A stretch of 64,000 nt of DNA from an uncultured Bradyrhizobium sp. (GTDB lineage: Bacteria > Pseudomonadota > Alphaproteobacteria > Rhizobiales > Beijerinckiaceae), in NCBI GenBank assembly GCA_964552445.1, contig CAZKHF010000001.1, forward strand, positions 25,154 to 89,153, in the 5' to 3' direction. The first letter of the stretch is position 1. Each line of letters opens with the position of its first letter. The notes under the pieces were generated by a model that ran no database searches, was not told the DNA's origin, and saw only the letters and a list, made by a program, of their open reading frames with translations. Positions 46,295 to 54,902 of the stretch are shown piece after piece. Both the position numbers and the translations under genes were made by a program.

Positions 46295-48434
46295 GAAACT
46301 GCCCCAGGAAGAACTGACGCAGCGAACGCAGGACGCGCCAAGCGATCGGTTGGTCGCCGTGCTTGAAGCGCACGTAGACGCGAGACCCGAGCGTCCGAAG
46401 GTCTTCCGGCTCAAGAAGCTCGACGTCGATCTGAAAATAGCTGAAGAGCGTCTGCGGGCGCTGCGTTCTTGAGGGATCGAGGGCGATTGCGCCGCCGCCT
46501 CGCGTCGTCAACGCGAGGCTCGGCACGTCCTGCTGCGCAGCTGGGGCCTCGCGCAGAATCTTGGCCGCAATCGGACGCTCGAGATCCTCCGCCAAATGCG
46601 CCTCCACCGCCGTCGTCGATTGGCGAATCAAATCGACGTCGGCCTGCGACGCCAAGACCCGCGCGACGGGATCGCCATTTGCGACGACATAGCCGAGCAG
46701 ATCCCCTCGCTTGACGAAACGCCCCGGCGCATCCTCCGCGCGCGAGAAAAGGAACCGTCCGCCTTGATCGGCGTCAACGTTGAGGTTCCGCTCCTGCGCG
46801 CGAACGGCCGCAAGCCGTTCGGTCAGATGGGCCGCCTGCTCCTCAAACATCTCGGCCTGGACGCGATCGATTGCTTTGACGGCGTCAACCCGCTGATTGG
46901 TTTCGTCGAGTTGCGCCTCGATGACCTTCACCTTGGCGTCGAGAATGGGGTCCTCGAGCGCAACCAACGTCTGGCCTGGCTCGACGCTCGCGCCAGGCGT
47001 CGCGACGATCTTGGTCACGAAGCCTTCGGTCTTCGCCCGCACCGCCGCCTGATCGGGGACGAGCACCACGCCTTCTGCGATCGTCGAGTAGGGGAGTGGA
47101 ATGAGGAACAGGGTCGCCGCCGCGGCCGCCGTGACGGCCCCGACGATCGCAAAGGCCCGGCGGCGCCGGCCGCGAAGCCGCGGGCTGGTCGCCATGAACT
47201 TTGCGCCCTTGAAGGCAGGCAGAATCGCGATAGCGAATATCGACCACAGCGCCATCACGAAACCGACAGCGAACAGCCGCGTCGCCAGGAACAGCGCGAT
47301 GCCGAGCGAAACGATCATCCGGTAGGCGAACGAAAGCACCGCGTAACCAAACAGCCACTTGGCCTCGCTGGGCACGGCGACCGGGCTCTCGACGTCGTCG
47401 ACGCCGAACAGACGTCGCTGGATAAGGTAGAAGAAATAGGCGTTCGCACGGCTGCCGAGGTTGGGGATCTCGATGAGGTCGGAGAAAATGTAGTAACCGT
47501 CAAAACGCAACAGCGGGTTGCCGTTGAACAGCAGCGTGGAAACGCCGCCGATCAGCATCACGTTGAAGGCGATGGCGCGCCCGAGCCCGGGGCTTCCCTT
47601 TAGCCAGACGATCGTGGCGAGCGCAGCGAGCGCCATTTCGACGAGGATTCCGGCGGCCCCGACAACGATGCGGCGGCTCTTCTGGCTGAACGCGGCCGAG
47701 GCGGAAGCGTCGAAATAGAGGACCGGGATGAACACCAGCAGCATCAGCCCAACCTCGTGCGCCTCGCCGCCCCAGACTTTGGTGGCGTAAGCGTGCCCGA
47801 GTTCGTGGAGGCTCTTGACCAGCGGGTAGACGCACATGATCAACGCGACGTTCTCGGCCGCCAACACCCGATCGGACAAGTCGGCGACGAGCTCGGGCCA
47901 ATGGATGACCGCGAGCGCGACGCCGGCGAGCACGAGCGCGAGCCACGCCACGAAGCCCGGAACGGTGAACAGCGGGCGCACGAACGGCGTCGTCAGATCG
48001 AGCAGGCGATTGGGATCGAACAGCGGGACGCGCAGCGCCATCGGGTTGCGCAATTGCTGCATCATTCGGCGCTGGTTTGCCTTCTGCGACCGCTCGGCCA
48101 TTTCGTCGAAATCCGGCGGCGCCTCGCCCTGAAGCAAGTCGGCGCCGTGCAGCTGGGCGAGAAGTCGGATCGTTTCGTCCTGAGTGGGAGGATCGTCGCT
48201 GGCCTTGCGGCCGGCGGCCTCCCAAATGTCGCGCATCGTCCGTCGCCCGTCCATGAGGCACACCATCAGATTCGCCAAGGGCGAGAGACTGTGGAAGCGA
48301 CCCGTCTGACGGTCCTGGAGAATGTGCCAGACCTTGCCGCGAAACACCTGCCGATGAATGACCGTGTGGAGGCGCAGACGCGGCCTCAGGTCGGCCACCC
48401 GGTACCAGGAACTGCTGAACAGCGAACGGTCCAT
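46287..48434 (-). CDS. PqqD-like / M50 (site-2) metalloprotease / HlyD-like fusion membrane protein
   Basis: 715 aa. N-terminal WHILQD..TGRFHSL...LMDGRRTMRDIW (PqqD-like winged helix), HELGH zinc motif, NGNPLLRFDG, several TM helices, C-terminal lipoyl/hairpin MFP module. Confidence 0.88.
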   Translation of the reverse strand: MDRSLFSSSWYRVADLRPRLRLHTVIHRQVFRGKVWHILQDRQTGRFHSLSPLANLMVCLMDGRRTMRDIWEAAGRKASDDPPTQDETIRLLAQLHGADLLQGEAPPDFDEMAERSQKANQRRMMQQLRNPMALRVPLFDPNRLLDLTTPFVRPLFTVPGFVAWLALVLAGVALAVIHWPELVADLSDRVLAAENVALIMCVYPLVKSLHELGHAYATKVWGGEAHEVGLMLLVFIPVLYFDASASAAFSQKSRRIVVGAAGILVEMALAALATIVWLKGSPGLGRAIAFNVMLIGGVSTLLFNGNPLLRFDGYYIFSDLIEIPNLGSRANAYFFYLIQRRLFGVDDVESPVAVPSEAKWLFGYAVLSFAYRMIVSLGIALFLATRLFAVGFVMALWSIFAIAILPAFKGAKFMATSPRLRGRRRRAFAIVGAVTAAAAATLFLIPLPYSTIAEGVVLVPDQAAVRAKTEGFVTKIVATPGASVEPGQTLVALEDPILDAKVKVIEAQLDETNQRVDAVKAIDRVQAEMFEEQAAHLTERLAAVRAQERNLNVDADQGGRFLFSRAEDAPGRFVKRGDLLGYVVANGDPVARVLASQADVDLIRQSTTAVEAHLAEDLERPIAAKILREAPAAQQDVPSLALTTRGGGAIALDPSRTQRPQTLFSYFQIDVELLEPEDLRTLGSRVYVRFKHGDQPIAWRVLRSLRQFFLGQFRV

Positions 48435-48440
48435 CGCCGC

Positions 48441-50378
48441 TCACCGCACCCAGCGCCACGACCAAATGCGCATCCAATCGATCAGGGGATGCAGCCAGAT
48501 CCACGCGAGATTGCGCCGTCCGATCTCGATCTTCCCCACCCCCTCCATGCCGGGCCGCAGCAGCGAAGGATTGTCGGTCAGCCGACCCTCGACGCGAAAG
48601 ACGTTGCGGCCGGATCGCGCCTCGGCGATGGGCGTGATCTTGTCGACGACGAACGGCAAATTCCGGTTCGGCAAAGCGGAGACGACGAGTTCGCCGGTCT
48701 GGCCGGCCTCGACCAAGCGGACGTCGCGCTCGTCGACGTCGAGGATGACGCGATAGGCGTCGAGCGGCGCAATTTCAAACAGGATCTGGCCGCGCTGCAC
48801 TGCGGTGCCGATCAACTGGCTCAGGTCGCCTGACGCCACCAGGCCCGAGATCGGCGAGCGCAGCTTGATCCGGTCCAGCTGCTCGTCGACCAGTTTGATC
48901 TGAGCGGACGCCTGATCGATCTGGCTGCGGATGACGTTGATCGCCGCCGGTTGGCGCGCCGCCAGGGCCTTATCGTACTCGTAGAGATGCTCCTGGCGCT
49001 CGGTGACCCATTTGAGACGCTCGAGCGACAAGTCGCGATCTTCGAGCGTCGCGAGCACATCGCCTTCCTTCGTGGCGTCGCCGGCGCGCGCCGGCGCGTC
49101 CTTGATGAAGCCGTCGTACGGCGCCACAACGGCGCGCCGCACGAGGCCTTCGATCTGGGCGTCCGCGTCAACCTTGTAGAGGCCGTGCGCGAAGGACAGA
49201 AACAGCGCGGCGGCGACGATCGCGCCCGCGACGAGTTTGCGGACGAAATGCCCGGGTCCGATCAGCCGCTCGACCTGCCGCCGAAGGCTTTCGGCCGCCT
49301 TGACGACGAGCCATCGGTCGTTGCGCCGTTTCTCCTCCAAGACCGGCCCGACGATCGAGGTCGCGAGTTCGAGCAGTTCGATGGTCTCCTGCTCGAACGG
49401 AGCGTCGGGCGGTCTCTCGAAGGTCAGAGCGCCGACGAAGCTGTCGGCGACCAGTATGGGCGCGGTGAGAACCTGACCGTCCTGTTGAGCCCGCGACAGT
49501 TCGGCGTGCGCCGAGGTCGCCACGAACTGCTCCTCCGGCGCCGGATAGAGAATCAGGCAGCGCTGATCGAGCGCCTCGTCCATGGCGGCCGCGAGGCCGC
49601 TCACGAGCGCCATGCGCCGGCCAAACTGAGCCGTGTGCGAGATGACCTTCACTGCGACGGCGTTTCCGCGGCGAACGCCGAGACTGACCCGGGAGCATTG
49701 GCAGCGGACCGCCAATCCGGTGACGACCGCCATCGCCGAGGCGTCAAAACCTTCGCGGCCAAGCGCGTCGGCGACAAGGTCGAGGGCCGCCCGAGAGCGA
49801 TCCAACAGGTGGTCCTGCTCCGCGCCGCGATCCTGCCGCAGCCGTTCGCGAATCCAGGCCGCGCCCCACTGCAGGTTTCGCAACGCCGATTTGACGTCTT
49901 CGCCGCGAGCTCCGCGCAGCGACGCCGCGACAACGCCTTTCAATTCGCCGCCGAGCAGAATTGGCCAGGCGACATGCGCGTGGCCGTGAAGGTCGGCGCT
50001 TCGCCCGGCGCCGTCTCCGTTCGCGACGCCTCGCCGCTCGCGCAGAGCCAGTTCGGCCGCCTCGGTCAAGGGCGCATATCGGCCCGAGCCTTCCGGCCAG
50101 AACGCCGCAGCGTCGAAGCTGTTCGGCGTCGCGCCTGCGAGCAGCAAGACGCCTCGCTCGGCGCCCTCGATGATCTGGCACTGCAGCGCGAGCCAGGCGC
50201 GAGCCATGTCGCGCAGATTGTCCGCCTCGCCGAGGCGCCGCCACAGGGCGGGCTCGAGCGCGGCGACAGCCGCGCCGTCGCCGACATCCTGTTCGACCTT
50301 GTTGGAATCGGGAGAGCCGCTCACGCCCGCGGGCGCGCAGTCGTCGGGCAGTTGACGTCCCTGAGTGTGTCCGGTCAA
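48441..50378 (-). CDS. GAF-domain HlyD-family membrane fusion protein
   Basis: Two GAF-like segments (HVAWPILLGGELKGVVAA; VLTAPILVADSFVGALTFER), one TM helix, then MFP module (VVAPYDGFI...LRSPISGLV...LLRPGMEG). Start codon uncertain. Confidence 0.87.
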   Translation of the reverse strand: MTGHTQGRQLPDDCAPAGVSGSPDSNKVEQDVGDGAAVAALEPALWRRLGEADNLRDMARAWLALQCQIIEGAERGVLLLAGATPNSFDAAAFWPEGSGRYAPLTEAAELALRERRGVANGDGAGRSADLHGHAHVAWPILLGGELKGVVAASLRGARGEDVKSALRNLQWGAAWIRERLRQDRGAEQDHLLDRSRAALDLVADALGREGFDASAMAVVTGLAVRCQCSRVSLGVRRGNAVAVKVISHTAQFGRRMALVSGLAAAMDEALDQRCLILYPAPEEQFVATSAHAELSRAQQDGQVLTAPILVADSFVGALTFERPPDAPFEQETIELLELATSIVGPVLEEKRRNDRWLVVKAAESLRRQVERLIGPGHFVRKLVAGAIVAAALFLSFAHGLYKVDADAQIEGLVRRAVVAPYDGFIKDAPARAGDATKEGDVLATLEDRDLSLERLKWVTERQEHLYEYDKALAARQPAAINVIRSQIDQASAQIKLVDEQLDRIKLRSPISGLVASGDLSQLIGTAVQRGQILFEIAPLDAYRVILDVDERDVRLVEAGQTGELVVSALPNRNLPFVVDKITPIAEARSGRNVFRVEGRLTDNPSLLRPGMEGVGKIEIGRRNLAWIWLHPLIDWMRIWSWRWVR

Positions 50379-50384
50379 CGGGCG

Positions 50385-50702
50385 CTACCGCTCGATATCA
50401 AGCGCTCCGTGCCTCGACTCGTACTCGCGCAGCACGCCGCCGAGAACCGTCCAGAGCCGTTTCGCCGCGAAGGGGGTCAAGATGATCCGGTTGGTGAGGT
50501 CGACGGCGACCTGACCGTTTCCCGTCACGCTCCAGGTCCGATTCACGCCGAAGAACAGATCGACCTGCTCACGCGTGCTTTGGACGTTGACCACGTTGGC
50601 GAAACGCGTGGCCATCTCCTTGTCGTTCCATTGCACGGACGCCGCGCGCGCGGGCTCCGACGGCGTCGGCTGCGGGTCCGCGGCAGTCGGGGTCTTCGCC
50701 AT
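50385..50702 (-). CDS. DUF3467-like small cytoplasmic protein (105 aa)
   Basis: ATG 50702 after GGAGCAGGAG; WNDKEMATRFANVVNVQSTREQVDLFFG...RIILTPFAAKRL...LREYESRHG. Confidence 0.82.
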   Translation of the reverse strand: MAKTPTAADPQPTPSEPARAASVQWNDKEMATRFANVVNVQSTREQVDLFFGVNRTWSVTGNGQVAVDLTNRIILTPFAAKRLWTVLGGVLREYESRHGALDIER

Positions 50703-50814
50703 TCTCGCTCCTGCTCCAATGAAATCCTCGTCGCGGCGCGGGCTCGCGGCATGGCCGGTCTCGCCGCCGCGGCGCGCGCCGGACCAGCCCGACGCGGCGA
50801 CGCCGGCGACGGGA

Positions 50815-52185
50815 TCAGAAATGCAACGCGACGCCGGTCGTGGCCGCAAGCGTCGAGGGTCGCAACGTGAACTCGTCGGGACCATTCGTCCCGTTGAGGA
50901 CGATCTTCTCGCCGACGCCGGTGTAGAGCCCCTCGACCCGGACGCTCACGTTCGAGGTCACGAAGGTCTCGACGCCGACGCCGACTTGGTAACCGGCGAG
51001 CGTCCGGCGCCCCGTCGTGTTCGGCGCGATGTTGTTCCAGTAATCCCAATCGGTCGACATGCCGATCCAGGCGAGCCCGCCCTTCGCATAGATGAGCGTG
51101 CTCGGCGAGGCGAGCCAGCCCGCGCGGGCCGTCACGGCCAATACGTCGTCGATCGATCCAAAGTGATAGTAGGTCCCGTAATATCCGCTCGATCCAAAGG
51201 CGTTAAGGAAGTCGACGTGATCGTAATTCGCGCTGACTTCCGCGCCGACGACATAGCGTTGCGCGAACTGGTAGTTGGCGCCGAGAAAACCGCCGCCGCC
51301 GAGGACGAAGCGCGCGAAGGGTCCCGTCTCCCCCTGGTTGGCGTCGAAATAGGTCATCTTGTCGCCGTTCACGGAGGCGAACCCACCGACTTCGAAGCCG
51401 GTCCAGTCCGGCGCGGGCGTCCCGGCCGCGGGAGACGACGGCGCTTGGGCGCCCCAGCCGGCGGGCGCGTCGAACTTATATTCCGCGCCGACCTGAAGCA
51501 GGAGGATCGACGGCGTGTAGCGATCCGAGTCGGACTCCAGCGACAAGCTTCGGGCCGCGGCGGTGTAGGACGCCTCGGCGCGAAGCGCGATGTTTGGCGT
51601 CACCAGCGTCTCGACGCCGAAACCGGCCTGCACGGCGGCAAGGTCGCGGTTGAATGTGTCGCCGAAATTCTCGAACCCTTTGACGTTGATCCAGGCCGGC
51701 CCGATCTTCCCGTAGACCAAGGTGTCCGGCCGCATCAAAATCCCGGCGCGCGCGGCGACGGCGCCGACGTAGTTCGAGCGCTCCAGCAAATCGTAGGTCG
51801 ACCCCAGCTCTCGGTAGGAGGCGTCGCCGAACCACGTCTGGCTCGCCTCGACGCCGACGACCGCCCAGGGCAGCGCCTGATAGTTGAACCCGACATAGAG
51901 GCCGAACGCCCCCCGGGGATCGATCGACCCGATCCAAGTGTCTGAGTAAGAAGTGTAAATGGGAGGCGGACGGTTGTAGCGGGCGCTGGCGGCGTCTTCG
52001 CCGATTGCGCCTCCGATATAAAAGCCGGTCCAATTCACGATCGGTCCCGGCGGCGCGACAGGCGGCGCCGCGCTCGGTTGCGGCGCAGCCGAAGCGAACG
52101 AAATCGCTCCGAGCGGCAATGCGGCGATCGCCAGACATCGGAAAAAGGCCATCGCGACCGACGACGAGGAAAACAGCGTTCTCAT
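50815..52185 (-). CDS. Outer membrane protein with two tandem Omp25/RopB-type beta-barrel domains
   Basis: Signal peptide (ASA-AP). The barrels begin NWTGFYIG and DWTGFEVG; the first ends GAEYKF before a Pro/Ala linker, the second ends GVALHF with a C-terminal Phe. Confidence 0.88.
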   Translation of the reverse strand: MRTLFSSSSVAMAFFRCLAIAALPLGAISFASAAPQPSAAPPVAPPGPIVNWTGFYIGGAIGEDAASARYNRPPPIYTSYSDTWIGSIDPRGAFGLYVGFNYQALPWAVVGVEASQTWFGDASYRELGSTYDLLERSNYVGAVAARAGILMRPDTLVYGKIGPAWINVKGFENFGDTFNRDLAAVQAGFGVETLVTPNIALRAEASYTAAARSLSLESDSDRYTPSILLLQVGAEYKFDAPAGWGAQAPSSPAAGTPAPDWTGFEVGGFASVNGDKMTYFDANQGETGPFARFVLGGGGFLGANYQFAQRYVVGAEVSANYDHVDFLNAFGSSGYYGTYYHFGSIDDVLAVTARAGWLASPSTLIYAKGGLAWIGMSTDWDYWNNIAPNTTGRRTLAGYQVGVGVETFVTSNVSVRVEGLYTGVGEKIVLNGTNGPDEFTLRPSTLAATTGVALHF

Positions 52186-52831
52186 AAGCGCCCCAATTCT
52201 TCGCCGAGCGAACCCGCGATCCCCGCGTCAGCCGACGTGAAGTCAATTGACAAGCAAAGCGGCGTCCGCCCCGCGCGCCGGCTCGCGCCCGCTGCGTCAA
52301 GACTCACGCCAGAGCCGCCAAATTCCGACAGCCCCATCCCCCAGGGGCGTTCTGCAATGCAATTAAACAAAACGCCCCCACCTCGCCCCCCGCCGGCGAG
52401 TTTGTCACCGTCTAACGCGCGCGGATCCTAGTCGACAAATGCGACCGCTTCTTGAACCTCGGCGGCGACCGGTTTCTCTATGTCAAAACCCGCCCATGCT
52501 CCGTCTTGCCCAAGCCCCTGCGGAGGAATTCCGACCCACTCTTCACCAGCGTCGCCCCGGCCGGGTTCGCCGCACAGGACATCGTTTGGAACGCCGGCGC
52601 GACAACCGTCGTCGCGCCGCGCATAAGCGTCGACGTCAAGCGATGTTCGCAGACGTGCGCCGAAACGCAGCGCGCAGCTCTCGACAAAAGCGCGAACGCC
52701 TACGTCACTGAAATGGATGTCTAACGCCAAGGCCGAAGCGCGCGAAGCCGCCTCAGAGGATCGACCGGGCCGCCGCTCGGCGCGCAGTTTCGGCGGTGAT
52801 CGCGTTTTCGCCGGAGGAACCGGGCGACGAC

Positions 52832-53860
52832 CTAATCGCGCGGAACAGGCGCGGCCTCCGAAACGAGGCCCTCGCGCCGCAGCTCCGCCCAGAACGCCGG
52901 CGGGATCGGCGTTTCGAAGTGGCGGAGAATGGCGACGACTTCCTCCGGACGAACCGGGCCGAACAGAACCGAAGCGACCGCCGCGAAGCCGAACGGGAAC
53001 TGCAGCGCCGCCGCCGCCAGCGCCACGCCGTGGCGGTCGGCGACCGACTGCAGGCGCCGCACCTTGTCGACCACCGCCGCAGGGGCGGCGGCGTATTCGT
53101 AGCGCGCGCCTTCGGTCAGGCCGGTGGCGAAAATGCCCGAATTGAACACGCCGCCGATCACCAGCGAGGCGCCCTCGCGCTCCGCCCTGAGCAGCTCATC
53201 GGCGTAGATTCCCTGCTCGAGCAACGTGTGCCGCGACGCGACCAAGAAGACGTCGAGCGGATGCCGATCGAGGAAGCGGTTGATCATGCCGGGCTCGTTG
53301 ATCCCGGCGCCGTAGGCGCTGATCTCGCCTGTCCGCTTCAATTCCTCCAGCGCGCGGAACCCGCCGGTCTCCAACGCCTTCAGATGCGCCAGCAGGTCGG
53401 CTTGGTCGGGGAAATAGCCTTTGTCGAGATCGTGGATATAGAGGATGTCGACCTTGTTGACGCCGAGGCGCTGCAAGCTGTCCTCGTAGGAGCGCATGAC
53501 GCCGTCGTAGCTATAATCGTAGACGTGGTCGAAGGCTTGGCCGCCTTTCCAAGGCGCCGGCCTGATCTTGGCCCGGTCGCGCGGCGCGCGCAGCAGGCGG
53601 CCGACCTTGGTCGACAGCGCGTACTCGCTCCTCGGCCGTCGGTAGAGAAGCCGGCCGACGCGGTGCTCGCCGAGACCCAGTCCGTACCAGGGCGAGGTGT
53701 CGTAGAGGCGCACGCCGCCCGCCCACCCCGCTTCGAGGGTTTCCGTCGCCACGGGGTCCGGGATGGGCCCGAACAGCTCGCCGAGCGGACAGGAGTCGAT
53801 TCCGAGAACCGGGACGGAGAAGCCGCTTCCGCCGAGCGGCCGCCTGTCGCTGATCTTCAT
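52832..53860 (-). CDS. Aldo/keto reductase (D-threo-aldose 1-dehydrogenase-like)
   Basis: Starts MKISDRRPLG at ATG 53860, overlapping the upstream stop; YDTSPWYGLG, LSTKVGR, SLQRLG, ILYIHD, GGVFNSG. Confidence 0.9.
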   Translation of the reverse strand: MKISDRRPLGGSGFSVPVLGIDSCPLGELFGPIPDPVATETLEAGWAGGVRLYDTSPWYGLGLGEHRVGRLLYRRPRSEYALSTKVGRLLRAPRDRAKIRPAPWKGGQAFDHVYDYSYDGVMRSYEDSLQRLGVNKVDILYIHDLDKGYFPDQADLLAHLKALETGGFRALEELKRTGEISAYGAGINEPGMINRFLDRHPLDVFLVASRHTLLEQGIYADELLRAEREGASLVIGGVFNSGIFATGLTEGARYEYAAAPAAVVDKVRRLQSVADRHGVALAAAALQFPFGFAAVASVLFGPVRPEEVVAILRHFETPIPPAFWAELRREGLVSEAAPVPRD

Positions 53861-54897
53861 TGTCGGAGGTCTCGAGCTGGAGCAATGCGGCGTCCGGTTC
53901 GCGCCGACAGATACGCGGCCTCGACCAGCTCGTACGTGCCGAGGCTCCTGCGCGCCGAGGTTTCCGGCTCGACCCCGCGCTTCAGGCAATCGATGAAATG
54001 CGTCTCGGTGCGGACCACGCTGTCCTGGATTTGGCGCCACGGCTCCGAAGTCCAGGCGCGCCCGTCGTCGTGAACCGCGATCGCGCGCGTCGCGCCGCGC
54101 GCGTGCACGCGCAGCCGCTCGCCGGGCTCGATGAGGATCGAGCCGAGCTCGCCTTCGATCTCGCCGAGCGTTTGCGGAAACGGATCGGGATCGCGATGCG
54201 AGGCGTAGCTGATGTCGACGACGCTGTGCGCGCCGTTCTCGTGGCGCAGCAGGATCGTGGCGGCGTCCTCGCCGGCGATGCCCTGCTTGACCTGCTGCGT
54301 GTCGCAGAACAAATCGGTCGCCTCGCCGAGCAGGAAGCGGTCGAGATCGAGCATGTGGACGCCGACGTCCATGATCATGAACCGCTCGACGTCGACCAGA
54401 TACGGCTGGTTCGAATAGACGTCGATGGCGGTCCGCCAGGAGAGGCGCGCGAAGGTCGGCCGTCCGATCTCTCCGTCGTCGATCAGTCCGCGCAACGCGC
54501 GGAACAATGGCTGAAAGCGGAAGTCCTCGTGCACCATCAACGGGACGCCGGCGGCTTCGGCCGCCGCCGCCATCCGGCGGCAGGCATCGAGGTCGGGCCC
54601 GAACGGCTTCTGCACGATGGTCGGCACGCGGTGTGCGAGCGCCAGCCCGACCAGCGCTTCGTGGGTCTCCATCGTCGTCGGCATGTCGACGAAATCGAGC
54701 TTCTCGGCGGCGAACATCGTCGCCGCGTCGGCGTAGACCGCGGGGATGCGAAAGTCGGCGGCGGCCCGCTCCGCCTTGGCGCGATCGAGATCGCACACCG
54801 CGACGATTTCCGCGCCGTCGACGTCGCCCCAGCCGAATAGATGATTACGCGCGAAAAACCCGCACCCAATCAGACCGCCCCGCAATACGCCAGTCAT
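53857..54897 (-). CDS. Gfo/Idh/MocA oxidoreductase, D-apiose dehydrogenase (ApsD)-like
   Basis: MTGVLRGGLIGCGFFARNH..., QKPF, MVHEDFRFQP, DVGVHMLD. Adjacent to an ApnL-like gene; substrate is inferred. Confidence 0.82.
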   Translation of the reverse strand: MTGVLRGGLIGCGFFARNHLFGWGDVDGAEIVAVCDLDRAKAERAAADFRIPAVYADAATMFAAEKLDFVDMPTTMETHEALVGLALAHRVPTIVQKPFGPDLDACRRMAAAAEAAGVPLMVHEDFRFQPLFRALRGLIDDGEIGRPTFARLSWRTAIDVYSNQPYLVDVERFMIMDVGVHMLDLDRFLLGEATDLFCDTQQVKQGIAGEDAATILLRHENGAHSVVDISYASHRDPDPFPQTLGEIEGELGSILIEPGERLRVHARGATRAIAVHDDGRAWTSEPWRQIQDSVVRTETHFIDCLKRGVEPETSARRSLGTYELVEAAYLSARTGRRIAPARDLRQ

Positions 54898-54902
54898 CGA
54901 AC

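Noticed and set aside
52242-52251. Palindrome gtcaattgac upstream of the OMP gene
   Set aside because: Only 10 bp, single copy and no match to an operator I can name; could be chance or part of a -35 element.
52428-52730. Short overlapping ORFs (69-100 aa) between the OMP and AKR genes
   Set aside because: No recognisable motif or clear RBS, and conflicting strands; may be a remnant but cannot be supported.
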